Part shown: positions 1-8,226 of the stretch, piece by piece
Numbering within the stretch: the first letter of the stretch is position 1
How the letters are laid out: each line of letters opens with the position of its first letter
Source of the DNA: an uncultured Pseudomonadales bacterium
GTDB taxonomy: Bacteria; Patescibacteriota; Microgenomatia; UBA1400; PJMF01
DNA: 64,000 nucleotides
NCBI GenBank assembly: GCA_964521215.1
Contig: CAZFRD010000004.1
Span: 241 to 64,240, forward strand
Reading direction: 5' to 3'
Notes under the pieces: generated by a model
Databases searched by the model: none
What the model was told of the DNA's origin: nothing
What the model saw: only the letters and a program-made list of their open reading frames with translations
Position numbers and translations under genes: made by a program

Positions 1-2
1 TG

Positions 3-581
3 CTGGCAAAAATCGCCGACAGAGGTGCATCTTTTGGTCAAGAGGATACCATTCCACCCCAAGTGCCAATCTTTAATGCTCCTCCCAGCGCCACTAACAA
101 CAAAGAATTTGAACTTTCTGGCTTTGCTGAAGCAAAAAGTCAGGTTTTTATTGTTCACAATGGCAATCAGATTGCAGACTTGACAGTAGGAGACGATGCG
201 ACATTCAAACAATTAATCGAACTTCAAGAAGGGGAAAATTACATCCAAGCATATTCAAAAGATAGTGCAGAAAATGAGTCAGTACTTTCTAAAGAATATG
301 TGGTCGTGCTCGACACCCAGAGTCCATCGCTAGTTTTGGCAGAAACAATTGAAGATGGCATGCAAATCATAGGGAAGGAAAACAAATCTCTTACTCTCTC
401 AGGAGTCACCGAGTCTAATGCTAAAGTGGCAATTAATGATCGCTTCTTATTTGCCCGAGCTGATGGCAGTTTCTCTTACCAAGTTCAACTGAGCGAGGGA
501 GAAAATTTAATCAAATTTGTCATTACCGACAAAGCCGAAAACAGTATTGAGCAAGAGCTTCATTTGCAGTACAAATTATAA
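3..581 (+). CDS. Ig-like (bacterial immunoglobulin-fold) repeat surface protein, 5'-truncated by window edge
   Basis: Frame is open from position 3 (LAKIADRGASFGQEDTIPPQVP...). Two tandem beta-rich repeats with 'L.EGEN.I...A.D.A.N' and 'D...P' linkers typical of Ig-like domains. Confidence 0.7.
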   Translation: MAKIADRGASFGQEDTIPPQVPIFNAPPSATNNKEFELSGFAEAKSQVFIVHNGNQIADLTVGDDATFKQLIELQEGENYIQAYSKDSAENESVLSKEYVVVLDTQSPSLVLAETIEDGMQIIGKENKSLTLSGVTESNAKVAINDRFLFARADGSFSYQVQLSEGENLIKFVITDKAENSIEQELHLQYKL

Positions 582-1766
582 ATTTTTGTCGAAAAAGGTG
601 AAAAATTGTTTTCTAGTGGTCAAGATAATTAGTTGAAAGCCGCACAACATAAGTGTAAAGGGTTCAATGAGTGCGGCGTTGAATTGAGCGAAAAAGAGAA
701 AAGCCGTCAGCGGAACAAACATCGCTGGATATTTTATTAAGATTTTTTTGTAAGTTAAGAGCAAGTGCCACAAAAAAATCATCAAACCAGGAATGCCAGA
801 AAAAGCCAGCAGTATCATGACTAAGTTGTTTGGCATGCGAGCATGATATGCCAGTTCAGGCGTAGGAGATAACGCAAGTCCACTACCAAATATCAAGCGA
901 GCTGGCGATGTACTCAAGAGAGACCGATCGTGTTGTTGTCTGGCAGTTATTGATATACTTCTGGTCAAATTAACACCCTCCCCCCCTGGTTTGGGAGCCA
1001 AAGCAATGGTTGCAATTAACACCGCCAGACTAAACACCGCCAATTTTGTAGTTTTAGTTCGCCAAAAAGTCCAATGATGTTTTAACAAAAGTGGCGTTGT
1101 TATTAGCATTAGGCCAAAAATCAAAGCTAGCCAGCTGGAGCGAGAAAAAGTTAACCCAAGTAATGTTGAGAAGAAACCCAGTATGGAGTATTGAATTAAT
1201 GGTTTTTTTTGCAAGGAAAAACTAAACAGACCGGTTAAATTTAAAATCGAAATCACCAACACAATGCCAGTAAAGTTGGGATCCAGCAATGATCCCACTG
1301 CTCGGAAGTAGTGGTCATCCCAACCCAAAATTTTTAACAGTCTTAAGTCGGGAAAAAATAAGTATAAAGCGAGAGTGATTATGCCAAACAATCCTGCACT
1401 CATCCAGTAGAGCATGATCGTTTTCACATCCATTGAACGGAAATAACGAAAAAACCAGGACAAAAATAATAAGTAATATGTTGTGCGAAAAACATAGAGC
1501 AATAAAAGTAGCGACTCACCATAGAAGGCGATTTGAATGATGCAGGCCAGTAAAGTCCAGCCAATTAACCACAACCAATTAGATTTGAGTGAATGAAAAA
1601 TCTTCAATACTTGATTTCTCCCCTTGGCGCTTGTGAGCAAAAGTAGTCCAATAGCCAAAATGACGAAATCGTGCGGGAAAATCCCAACTCCACCCAGTGG
1701 TTCAAAGCGGAGTAGTTGGCCAAGTAGAGTGAGAGGCAGTAGGAGGATAACTAATATTTCTATCAC
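576..1766 (-). CDS. O-antigen ligase/polymerase family (Wzy_C-like) membrane protein
   Basis: Multi-TM protein with 'RAVGSLLDPNFTG' and 'LTFSRSSWLA' motifs; next to a GT2 and a flippase. Confidence 0.75.
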   Translation of the reverse strand: MIEILVILLLPLTLLGQLLRFEPLGGVGIFPHDFVILAIGLLLLTSAKGRNQVLKIFHSLKSNWLWLIGWTLLACIIQIAFYGESLLLLLYVFRTTYYLLFLSWFFRYFRSMDVKTIMLYWMSAGLFGIITLALYLFFPDLRLLKILGWDDHYFRAVGSLLDPNFTGIVLVISILNLTGLFSFSLQKKPLIQYSILGFFSTLLGLTFSRSSWLALIFGLMLITTPLLLKHHWTFWRTKTTKLAVFSLAVLIATIALAPKPGGEGVNLTRSISITARQQHDRSLLSTSPARLIFGSGLALSPTPELAYHARMPNNLVMILLAFSGIPGLMIFLWHLLLTYKKILIKYPAMFVPLTAFLFFAQFNAALIEPFTLMLCGFQLIILTTRKQFFTFFDKNL

Positions 1767-2524
1767 GGCATTTTTTTGCTTATCATTCTTTCTAATTGAA
1801 ATAACCGAACAAAGAATGAGTGATAGCTCATGAGGGTGGCATAAATCATGCCACGATAACCATCCAACATACCTCGAAGAAAAAACAAATTATATAACCA
1901 CTTGCCAAGTGGATAAGTAAGTAACTCTATTAATAAACGAACAGATGAGGTTGATCTCTGGTTTGCCTCTAGCTGGCTATACCATAATATTTTTGAAAAA
2001 AAACTACTGATAGAAGTATGAGGATGATGATCGATTTTGAGTAGTTTTGGATTTATGTCCCCCACTTCACCATCACAAATTGGTGTTTCATGAACAGATC
2101 CTGAATATTGGCAGTGGTGTTTATGGATGAGTCTAATTGGTTTGGCGTTGGCTGGTTCACCGTAGTGCAGGGTTTTGCCCAAAAAATGATCTAGTCGTTT
2201 GACCCGATAGGCAACCAGTTTTGGCTGTAAGAAAGTCGGTATCTGCTGTGGATCTGGGCACAAACAGACTTCGTCTGAATCAATAAATAATACCCAATCA
2301 TTTTTGGTTAAATTTAATACTTGATTTCTAGTCGAAGCAAAATCGGTCACAGGCGGTAGTCGTTTAATTGTGGCTGATGTTGTATTTGGTAACCGAATAC
2401 CATTTTTTCCAGACGTATCTGCCACAATGATTTCATCGGCAAAAAATACACTTTTAATTGCCGTTTGGAGTTGAGCGGAGGACTGTTGCGCTAGTATCAC
2501 TACGCTTAAAGGTATTTTTGACAT
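1763..2524 (-). CDS. Glycosyltransferase family 2
   Basis: Likely start MSKIPLSVVIL at 2524 (TAATG overlap with upstream stop). Motifs DFASTRN, WVLFIDSDE (DxD), VHE and LDGYRG. Confidence 0.85.
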   Translation of the reverse strand: MSKIPLSVVILAQQSSAQLQTAIKSVFFADEIIVADTSGKNGIRLPNTTSATIKRLPPVTDFASTRNQVLNLTKNDWVLFIDSDEVCLCPDPQQIPTFLQPKLVAYRVKRLDHFLGKTLHYGEPANAKPIRLIHKHHCQYSGSVHETPICDGEVGDINPKLLKIDHHPHTSISSFFSKILWYSQLEANQRSTSSVRLLIELLTYPLGKWLYNLFFLRGMLDGYRGMIYATLMSYHSFFVRLFQLERMISKKMP

Positions 2525-3744
2525 TATTGTTTTCTTTTTTTTGTGACAGCCCAAATTAAAATTGGTAGACCTACTAACCGTGCGACAACAACTGCCCAAG
2601 CAGCACCGAGCAAACCATATTGTTGGCTCAAAACCCAAGCAGATATTATTAAGACGACTGCTTGTAAAATCAGGTTTACAGTGATTCCCTGGTACTTTTT
2701 TGTTGCATATAAATAAGTGCTGAGCAATATAGCAAAAGAATGAAGTAAAGCAGCTAAGGCTAAGATGCCAATAATCGGAATAATAGCTAACCATTTTTCC
2801 CCCAAAGCAATTAGGACAAAGGGTCGTGCAAGAAGTGATAAGAAAATGAAGACTATAATTAACAAAGCACCAAAAAATAATGAGGATCTAAGTAACCCCC
2901 GTTTGAGACGAGCTTCATCCTCGCTTAACTTAGCGTAGGTGGGCAATAAGCCATAGCTAGCTGATTTTGCCGAGTCATAAAGGAGTTTGTGAGTGAGAGC
3001 ATAGCCATTGTGATAAAGACCAAGTGAATAGGCGCCCAAAGTTTTTCCCACAATAATATCATCGGCATTTTCCACAATGTACGAAAGCAATGCCTGAATG
3101 GTCAGCAATTTGGAATTGTGTAATATTTCTTTGGCACGATTGGGTTGAAAGTGACCAGAAGGTCGAGGGTGAAAGAAAATCATTGAAATTATTACTTCGA
3201 ATACAGCGGAGCTGATTAATGCCATTATTAAAGACCAAACACTTGGCCAAACCATCACAAAAAGCACGGCGAAACAAGCTTCGGCAAAATAACGAGCAAA
3301 TTGAAAAAAAACTTGAGTTGAAAACTGGAAATTTTTATGTAGCGCTCCAATTGTAGGATTAATAAAGCCTTTGATTAATGGTACGGTGGCGGTGAGCATG
3401 ATTAGGAGGGTCAACTCTGGATGATGGTAAATTAAGGCAAATATACTGCTCGAGACGATCATCAATAAGCTAATAATTGCACCTCGAATAATGGAAATGA
3501 TCCAGGCAGAGTCGACAAAATATGCCATTGGTTGTTTGGATTGGATGATCGTCAAGTTAATACCGGTTTCGGTGGTCGCCTCAAGCATGCCTAAAGAAAT
3601 CAGGACGATTGCAAAAGTACCAAAATCTTGAGGCGAAAGTAGCCTGGCGAGAAAAAAAATGCGACCAAATCCCACGCCGACGACCGCCACTCTGAGGGCA
3701 GTTTGCCAGCTAAATCCCGAAAATACTCGACCAGAGTAACCCAT
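2524..3744 (-). CDS. Polysaccharide flippase (Wzx/MOP family)
   Basis: 'LARLLSPQDFG' and 'D.IIVGK.LG...LGLY' motifs, many TM segments. Start chosen at MGYSGR (3744), 7 nt after a TATAAT. Confidence 0.85.
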   Translation of the reverse strand: MGYSGRVFSGFSWQTALRVAVVGVGFGRIFFLARLLSPQDFGTFAIVLISLGMLEATTETGINLTIIQSKQPMAYFVDSAWIISIIRGAIISLLMIVSSSIFALIYHHPELTLLIMLTATVPLIKGFINPTIGALHKNFQFSTQVFFQFARYFAEACFAVLFVMVWPSVWSLIMALISSAVFEVIISMIFFHPRPSGHFQPNRAKEILHNSKLLTIQALLSYIVENADDIIVGKTLGAYSLGLYHNGYALTHKLLYDSAKSASYGLLPTYAKLSEDEARLKRGLLRSSLFFGALLIIVFIFLSLLARPFVLIALGEKWLAIIPIIGILALAALLHSFAILLSTYLYATKKYQGITVNLILQAVVLIISAWVLSQQYGLLGAAWAVVVARLVGLPILIWAVTKKRKQ

Positions 3745-3816
3745 GCTCACTATTATAGCCTCTCCATAGAGTTTGCGGGTTGCAAGAATTAGCAAAAAAA
3801 AGCATACTATGATGTT

Positions 3817-4395
3817 ATGTCGAGACTATTTGAATCTGTGGGCAGTTTAGTAGTGGATTTGACTGAGACCTTAGTGATCGGTTTCTCTCTTTTTGTGGTC
3901 GTTTATTTCTTTTTTATGCAACCGCATCAAGTGAATGGCCAGTCAATGGTGCCCAATTTTCAAAGTGGCGAATATGTGTTGACTGATAAAATTAGCTATC
4001 GTTTTCGTTCACCTGCTAGAGGCGAAGTAATTGTTTTTCATGCTCCACCCGAAGCGCATTGTCAGGAAGGGACCGGTTGTGATTTTATCAAAAGAATTAT
4101 TGGTGTGCCCGGCGACCAAGTAGAAGTGAAAGACAATAGTTATTACGTCAATAATAAAAAATTAGATGAGGTCTATATTCCCTCAAGTTATGCGACTTAT
4201 CCTGGTCAATATACCCGCGATAAGGTAATTACTTTAGACAAGAATGAGTACTTTGTCTCTGGAGATAATAGGCCATATTCAAGTGATTCCAGAGCTTGGG
4301 GTCCGATTACAACAAAGGAAATAGTGGGTCGGGCCTTCTTTGTTTATTGGCCACCACCAGCCATGGGCTTGATCAAAGAAGTTGTGTATCAGTGA
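3817..4395 (+). CDS. lepB: Signal peptidase I
   Basis: N-terminal TM, 'GQSMVPN' (Ser), 'FIKRIIGVPGD' (Lys), 'GDNRPYSSDSRAWG'. Confidence 0.95.
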   Translation: MSRLFESVGSLVVDLTETLVIGFSLFVVVYFFFMQPHQVNGQSMVPNFQSGEYVLTDKISYRFRSPARGEVIVFHAPPEAHCQEGTGCDFIKRIIGVPGDQVEVKDNSYYVNNKKLDEVYIPSSYATYPGQYTRDKVITLDKNEYFVSGDNRPYSSDSRAWGPITTKEIVGRAFFVYWPPPAMGLIKEVVYQ

Positions 4396-5216
4396 GTTTG
4401 AACTAATTTTAATAGTTGCTCTAAATCTTTCTGCGTTTCTTCCAAGTTGCCTCGTAAAGTGACAGTTAGTCTTGTCTGGCGAGTTGAACGTGAGAGTTTA
4501 ACTTTTGGAGATGAATGTTGTAGAAAATCTTCAAATGATTTTTGCCAGCGAGTGAGTAAATCTGGATCGATGGGAACTCTCTTGCCTGGCGCGGTGGCTG
4601 TCTTTGCCTCGTGAGCCTGTTTGACTTGGCGGACTAACTCTTCCGCCCGTCTCACGCTCGCATTTTCTTTGAGCAAACGTTTGTAAACCTCAATCATCAG
4701 TTTTTTATCCTCAAGCCCAGCCAAGGCTCGAGCATGGCCTTCGGTGATTTGCTTGCCCACGACCCCATCCTTGATAGCATCTGGCAGATTGAGTAAACGC
4801 AGGGAGTTACTGATAAAGGCTTCTGATTTGCCGATTCTCGTAGCTAACTCGACGGCAGAATAACGAAAATCTCGTAAAAGCTGTTGAAAAGCTTTGGCGC
4901 GCTCAATGGCATTGAGGTTGATGCGTTGGACATTTTCAATCAGAGCCATTTCCAACATACCCTTGGGTGTAGTTTCACGAATAATAACTGGTACCTCAGA
5001 CAAATTAGCCAGTTGGGCTGCGCGCCAGCGTCGTTCTCCAGCAATTATTTGATAACCGGCGGGAGTGTGGGCAACCACAATTGGTTCTAGAATGCCGTAG
5101 GATGTGATTGATTTGGCTAGATCAGCCACTTCTTCTTCATGAATTTTACCTCTTGGTTGAAAGGGATTCGGTTGGAGCAAGCTGGTTTCGAGCAGTTGGT
5201 AAACGTCTTTTGACAT
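4389..5216 (-). CDS. parB: ParB/Spo0J chromosome partitioning protein
   Basis: 'NPFQPR', 'IAGERRWRA', 'ALIENVQR..LNAIE.A', HTH 'N.LRLL.LP', 'GHARAL'. Start placed at MSKDV. Confidence 0.92.
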   Translation of the reverse strand: MSKDVYQLLETSLLQPNPFQPRGKIHEEEVADLAKSITSYGILEPIVVAHTPAGYQIIAGERRWRAAQLANLSEVPVIIRETTPKGMLEMALIENVQRINLNAIERAKAFQQLLRDFRYSAVELATRIGKSEAFISNSLRLLNLPDAIKDGVVGKQITEGHARALAGLEDKKLMIEVYKRLLKENASVRRAEELVRQVKQAHEAKTATAPGKRVPIDPDLLTRWQKSFEDFLQHSSPKVKLSRSTRQTRLTVTLRGNLEETQKDLEQLLKLVQTH

Positions 5217-5278
5217 GCAACTAGTATTACATAACTTAACAAGAAATGCATTCACGAAACGATCGAGCGAAAAGGCAA

Positions 5279-5530
5279 TTAAACCACGCTAACGGTGGTT
5301 TTGCCGTGATGTTTGCCAAAGGTGACCACACCATCGACTAGCGAAAATAAGGTGTAATCTTTACCCACGCCAACACCTTTGGCTGCTTGGTAAACACTAC
5401 CTCTTTGACGGACCAAAATATTGCCTGCAATCGCAGTTTGACCACCGCTTTTCTTCAGACCAAGACGAAGTCCTTTACGACTGCGTTGCGAATGTTGTGC
5501 TACTTTGCCTGATGCTTTAACGTGTGACAT
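5279..5530 (-). CDS. rpmA: 50S ribosomal protein L27
   Basis: 'RLGLKK.GGQ...[10 protein letters not shown]' and 'GVGKDYTLF' motifs; downstream of rplU. Confidence 0.95.
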   Translation of the reverse strand: MSHVKASGKVAQHSQRSRKGLRLGLKKSGGQTAIAGNILVRQRGSVYQAAKGVGVGKDYTLFSLVDGVVTFGKHHGKTTVSVV

Positions 5531-5536
5531 ATTGTC

Positions 5537-6745
5537 TTATTTTTTTTGATACGTAAAGTGCCAAATTTCTCTTTGGACTACTGCTCCAGGTCGTGCATAT
5601 ACGACAGGATCAGACGCAGTAGTGTAGCCTATTGGCTCGAGAAAGTCAATTAATCGATGTAAATCATAAGTCTTTTGCTTGTATTCGCCAACTATTTGCC
5701 ATTTGGGGAAAATGCAAACCACTGTGGCATTGGGTTGGAGCCATGGCCTCCAGGCTTTAAACATGCCACGGTACAGTCGTTCGATGCCAGATTGAATATT
5801 GCTAATCTGTCTGATGTCTGGAGTGGGTTTACCCAGAAAGGGCTCAGTGATAATGTGCGAAACACTTGCCTCGGCAAACGGGGCCGAACTAATTTTGGTG
5901 GCATCGGTTTGAAACGCCTTCAAAATTTGTTTTTGGGCAAGCAAATGACCAAATTCCTGAGCAAACCACTGCCAATTACCTTCTGTTCCCTGAATCGATT
6001 CGGCATCAAGATCGCTGCCATAGACAGAGGGTATGCCGAGGAGCAAGCCTTCAAATAAAATAGTACCAGAACCACAAAATGGATCCCAAAGCGAGATGGC
6101 TTGCTGGCTATTATTCAGGTTAAAAATTGATTTGCCCAAACCAATGGCCACCATCATTCTTGCAACTTTGGGTGGTAGCAATCCCCGCTCGTGTTGGGCA
6201 AATGGTTTAGCTCTATCCTCAATTTGCCACTGGTCAATATTTTGTACCGCTATCATTTTTGCCATATAGGTTTGGGAATGAGTGCCGATGATGATTATCT
6301 CTTGTAGGTCGGACTCGTGCAGTAAAATAGCGGCAGATAAGCCAGATCTTGGACCGGTACGGTAACGGACAGATTTTCCCAGGCTGGCGAGCTGGTCTTT
6401 TATTACTTGTGGTTCAATTTTTGGTAGATGATCTCTCCCCCACTCAGCAAGAGCAAAATGAACTCTTTTGTCATCTTGATTTAAATAGTTGACGATCTCT
6501 GTGGTAATTGTCTCTATTTCGTTAACTGGCAACTCCATCACCACCTGAGCAATCTTCACGGTTCCCCCAAGTAAAGCCAATACTTGCTCGGCGGTTTTTT
6601 CTGGTGGCAGCGTGAGAGAGGTTGCCACTTGGTTGGAGTTGCGCTGGAGTTGGCAACTATCTGGAAAGGTGCGACTTAATTCCAGCCAGGAAAGCTCTGG
6701 AGTTGAACCGAGGAGATAAAAAAACTGGACAGCTGGTGAAGACAT
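5537..6745 (-). CDS. Putative SAM-dependent RNA methyltransferase (Trm11/UPF0020-like)
   Basis: 'LPPKVARMMV', motif I 'DPFCGSGT', 'GSDLD', and motif IV-like 'TEPFLG'. N-terminal 'LG..PELS..EL' resembles Trm11-type proteins. Confidence 0.7.
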   Translation of the reverse strand: MSSPAVQFFYLLGSTPELSWLELSRTFPDSCQLQRNSNQVATSLTLPPEKTAEQVLALLGGTVKIAQVVMELPVNEIETITTEIVNYLNQDDKRVHFALAEWGRDHLPKIEPQVIKDQLASLGKSVRYRTGPRSGLSAAILLHESDLQEIIIIGTHSQTYMAKMIAVQNIDQWQIEDRAKPFAQHERGLLPPKVARMMVAIGLGKSIFNLNNSQQAISLWDPFCGSGTILFEGLLLGIPSVYGSDLDAESIQGTEGNWQWFAQEFGHLLAQKQILKAFQTDATKISSAPFAEASVSHIITEPFLGKPTPDIRQISNIQSGIERLYRGMFKAWRPWLQPNATVVCIFPKWQIVGEYKQKTYDLHRLIDFLEPIGYTTASDPVVYARPGAVVQREIWHFTYQKK

Positions 6746-6756
6746 GAGAAGATACT

Positions 6757-7074
6757 TTACTTCGCCTCAATGCTCACAATTTTAATTTGAGTTAGATCCT
6801 GGCGATGGCCTCTAACTTTTCGGTATCTGGATTTTGCTTTGTATTTGGCTACGCGAATTTTTTCGCCTCTGAGATCTTTCACAAACTCGGCTTTAATTTT
6901 GGCTTGAGCAACCGTTGGGGTGCCAATGAGCGTCGCTTTATCTGTCACTAGTAGTAACACATCACTGATATCAACCGATTTTTTATCATCGGTCTCTAAG
7001 CGATCTATCTCAAGAATTGTGCCTGGTTCGACAATGAATTGTTTACCTTGAAGCTGGATGACTGCGTATGACAT
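6757..7074 (-). CDS. rplU: 50S ribosomal protein L21
   Basis: 'YAVIQLQGKQF.V' and 'KYKAKSRYRKVRGHRQ..T.IKI'. Confidence 0.96.
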   Translation of the reverse strand: MSYAVIQLQGKQFIVEPGTILEIDRLETDDKKSVDISDVLLLVTDKATLIGTPTVAQAKIKAEFVKDLRGEKIRVAKYKAKSRYRKVRGHRQDLTQIKIVSIEAK

Positions 7075-7103
7075 AGGGGGGTATTATACGACGATATGCC
7101 ACG

Positions 7104-8183
7104 CTACACAATATGAAGGAGTGGATGTCTTTTTTCTTGTTGAGCGCAGTTTTGCGCCAAACCAAGAGCCAGCCCAAAAGTCAAAAAAGAGGTACCGCCA
7201 TATGAGAAAAAAGGCAATGTCATGCCCGTAACAGGAATCAAGCCTGTATTGGTTGAAATATTAATTACTGATTGAAAGAAAACGTAGCAGGCTACAAAAA
7301 ATACGAAGTATCGCTGTGGTTGTGACCGAATGCTGTAACTTTCTTTGAGCAAGTAGAGGCCAAGAAGTAGGTACAAGATCACCAAACTCGCCGAACCAAG
7401 AAAACCGAATTCTTCCGAAAAGGAGGCAAAAACAAAATCAGTATGTTTTTCTGGAAGAAACCTCAGCTGGGATTGGCTGCCTTCACCGAAGCCACTGCCG
7501 GACAAGCCACCGGCGCCAATCGCAATCAGCGATTGGCGCACATTATACGTTTCATTTTGACTCGCCTCTTGCGGTTGCAAAAAGGTAGTAATGCGTTGTC
7601 TTTGATATGGTTGGAGTAAAAACAACCAGGCAAAATAGCTAAGAAAAACTCCCGTTCCAAGTAGCGCTGCCACATGTTTGGTGGGCATACCAGCAAAGAA
7701 TATGAGTAAACTCATACAAAAAAGGAAAAATACAGCAGTGCCCAAATCTGGCTCAATCGCAATCAAGATAGTCGGAAGCGCAACTACGGCCAGTTGCTTG
7801 GTAGTCGTGACAATACTTTTTTGTTTACCCTTTTGGTAAAACCGATAAGTGAGACTACTCAGAGAAATACCCACTAAAACAAAGGCCAACTGGGATGGCT
7901 GTAGGCGAAAAGAGCCAACAACGGGGATCCAACGTGCGGTGCCACGAATTTTTGTGGGTAAGACTAGGGGTACGACTAATAACAGGCAGGCAATCACATA
8001 AATCTGCCAAGGTCGTTCAAAAATTTGCTGGACGGGTATGCGAGTGACAATAAAAAAAGCTAGTAAACCGAGGCAAATTGATAAAAAGTGTTTTGCAGTC
8101 AGTTCGGGCACCAATGAGTTGATAAATATCAGACTAATACCACTTAAAATCAGGATAATAGTGAGCAAAAACCAGCGATTCAT
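7104..8183 (-). CDS. rodA: Rod shape-determining protein RodA (SEDS family)
   Basis: 'RWI......QPS', 'EPDLGTA', 'YQRQRI', 'QSLIAIGAGG', 'FLPEKHTDF', 'LPFFSYGG'. Confidence 0.88.
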   Translation of the reverse strand: MNRWFLLTIILILSGISLIFINSLVPELTAKHFLSICLGLLAFFIVTRIPVQQIFERPWQIYVIACLLLVVPLVLPTKIRGTARWIPVVGSFRLQPSQLAFVLVGISLSSLTYRFYQKGKQKSIVTTTKQLAVVALPTILIAIEPDLGTAVFFLFCMSLLIFFAGMPTKHVAALLGTGVFLSYFAWLFLLQPYQRQRITTFLQPQEASQNETYNVRQSLIAIGAGGLSGSGFGEGSQSQLRFLPEKHTDFVFASFSEEFGFLGSASLVILYLLLGLYLLKESYSIRSQPQRYFVFFVACYVFFQSVINISTNTGLIPVTGMTLPFFSYGGTSFLTFGLALGLAQNCAQQEKRHPLLHIV

Positions 8184-8226
8184 TATAGGGAGTATACAAC
8201 GGCAGCCAACTTCTTGGCTTGATGAG

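Noticed and set aside
4389-5278. parS site or parA partner near parB
   Set aside because: No TGTTTCACGTGAAACA-like palindrome noticed by eye and no ParA ORF nearby. A formal scan was not run.
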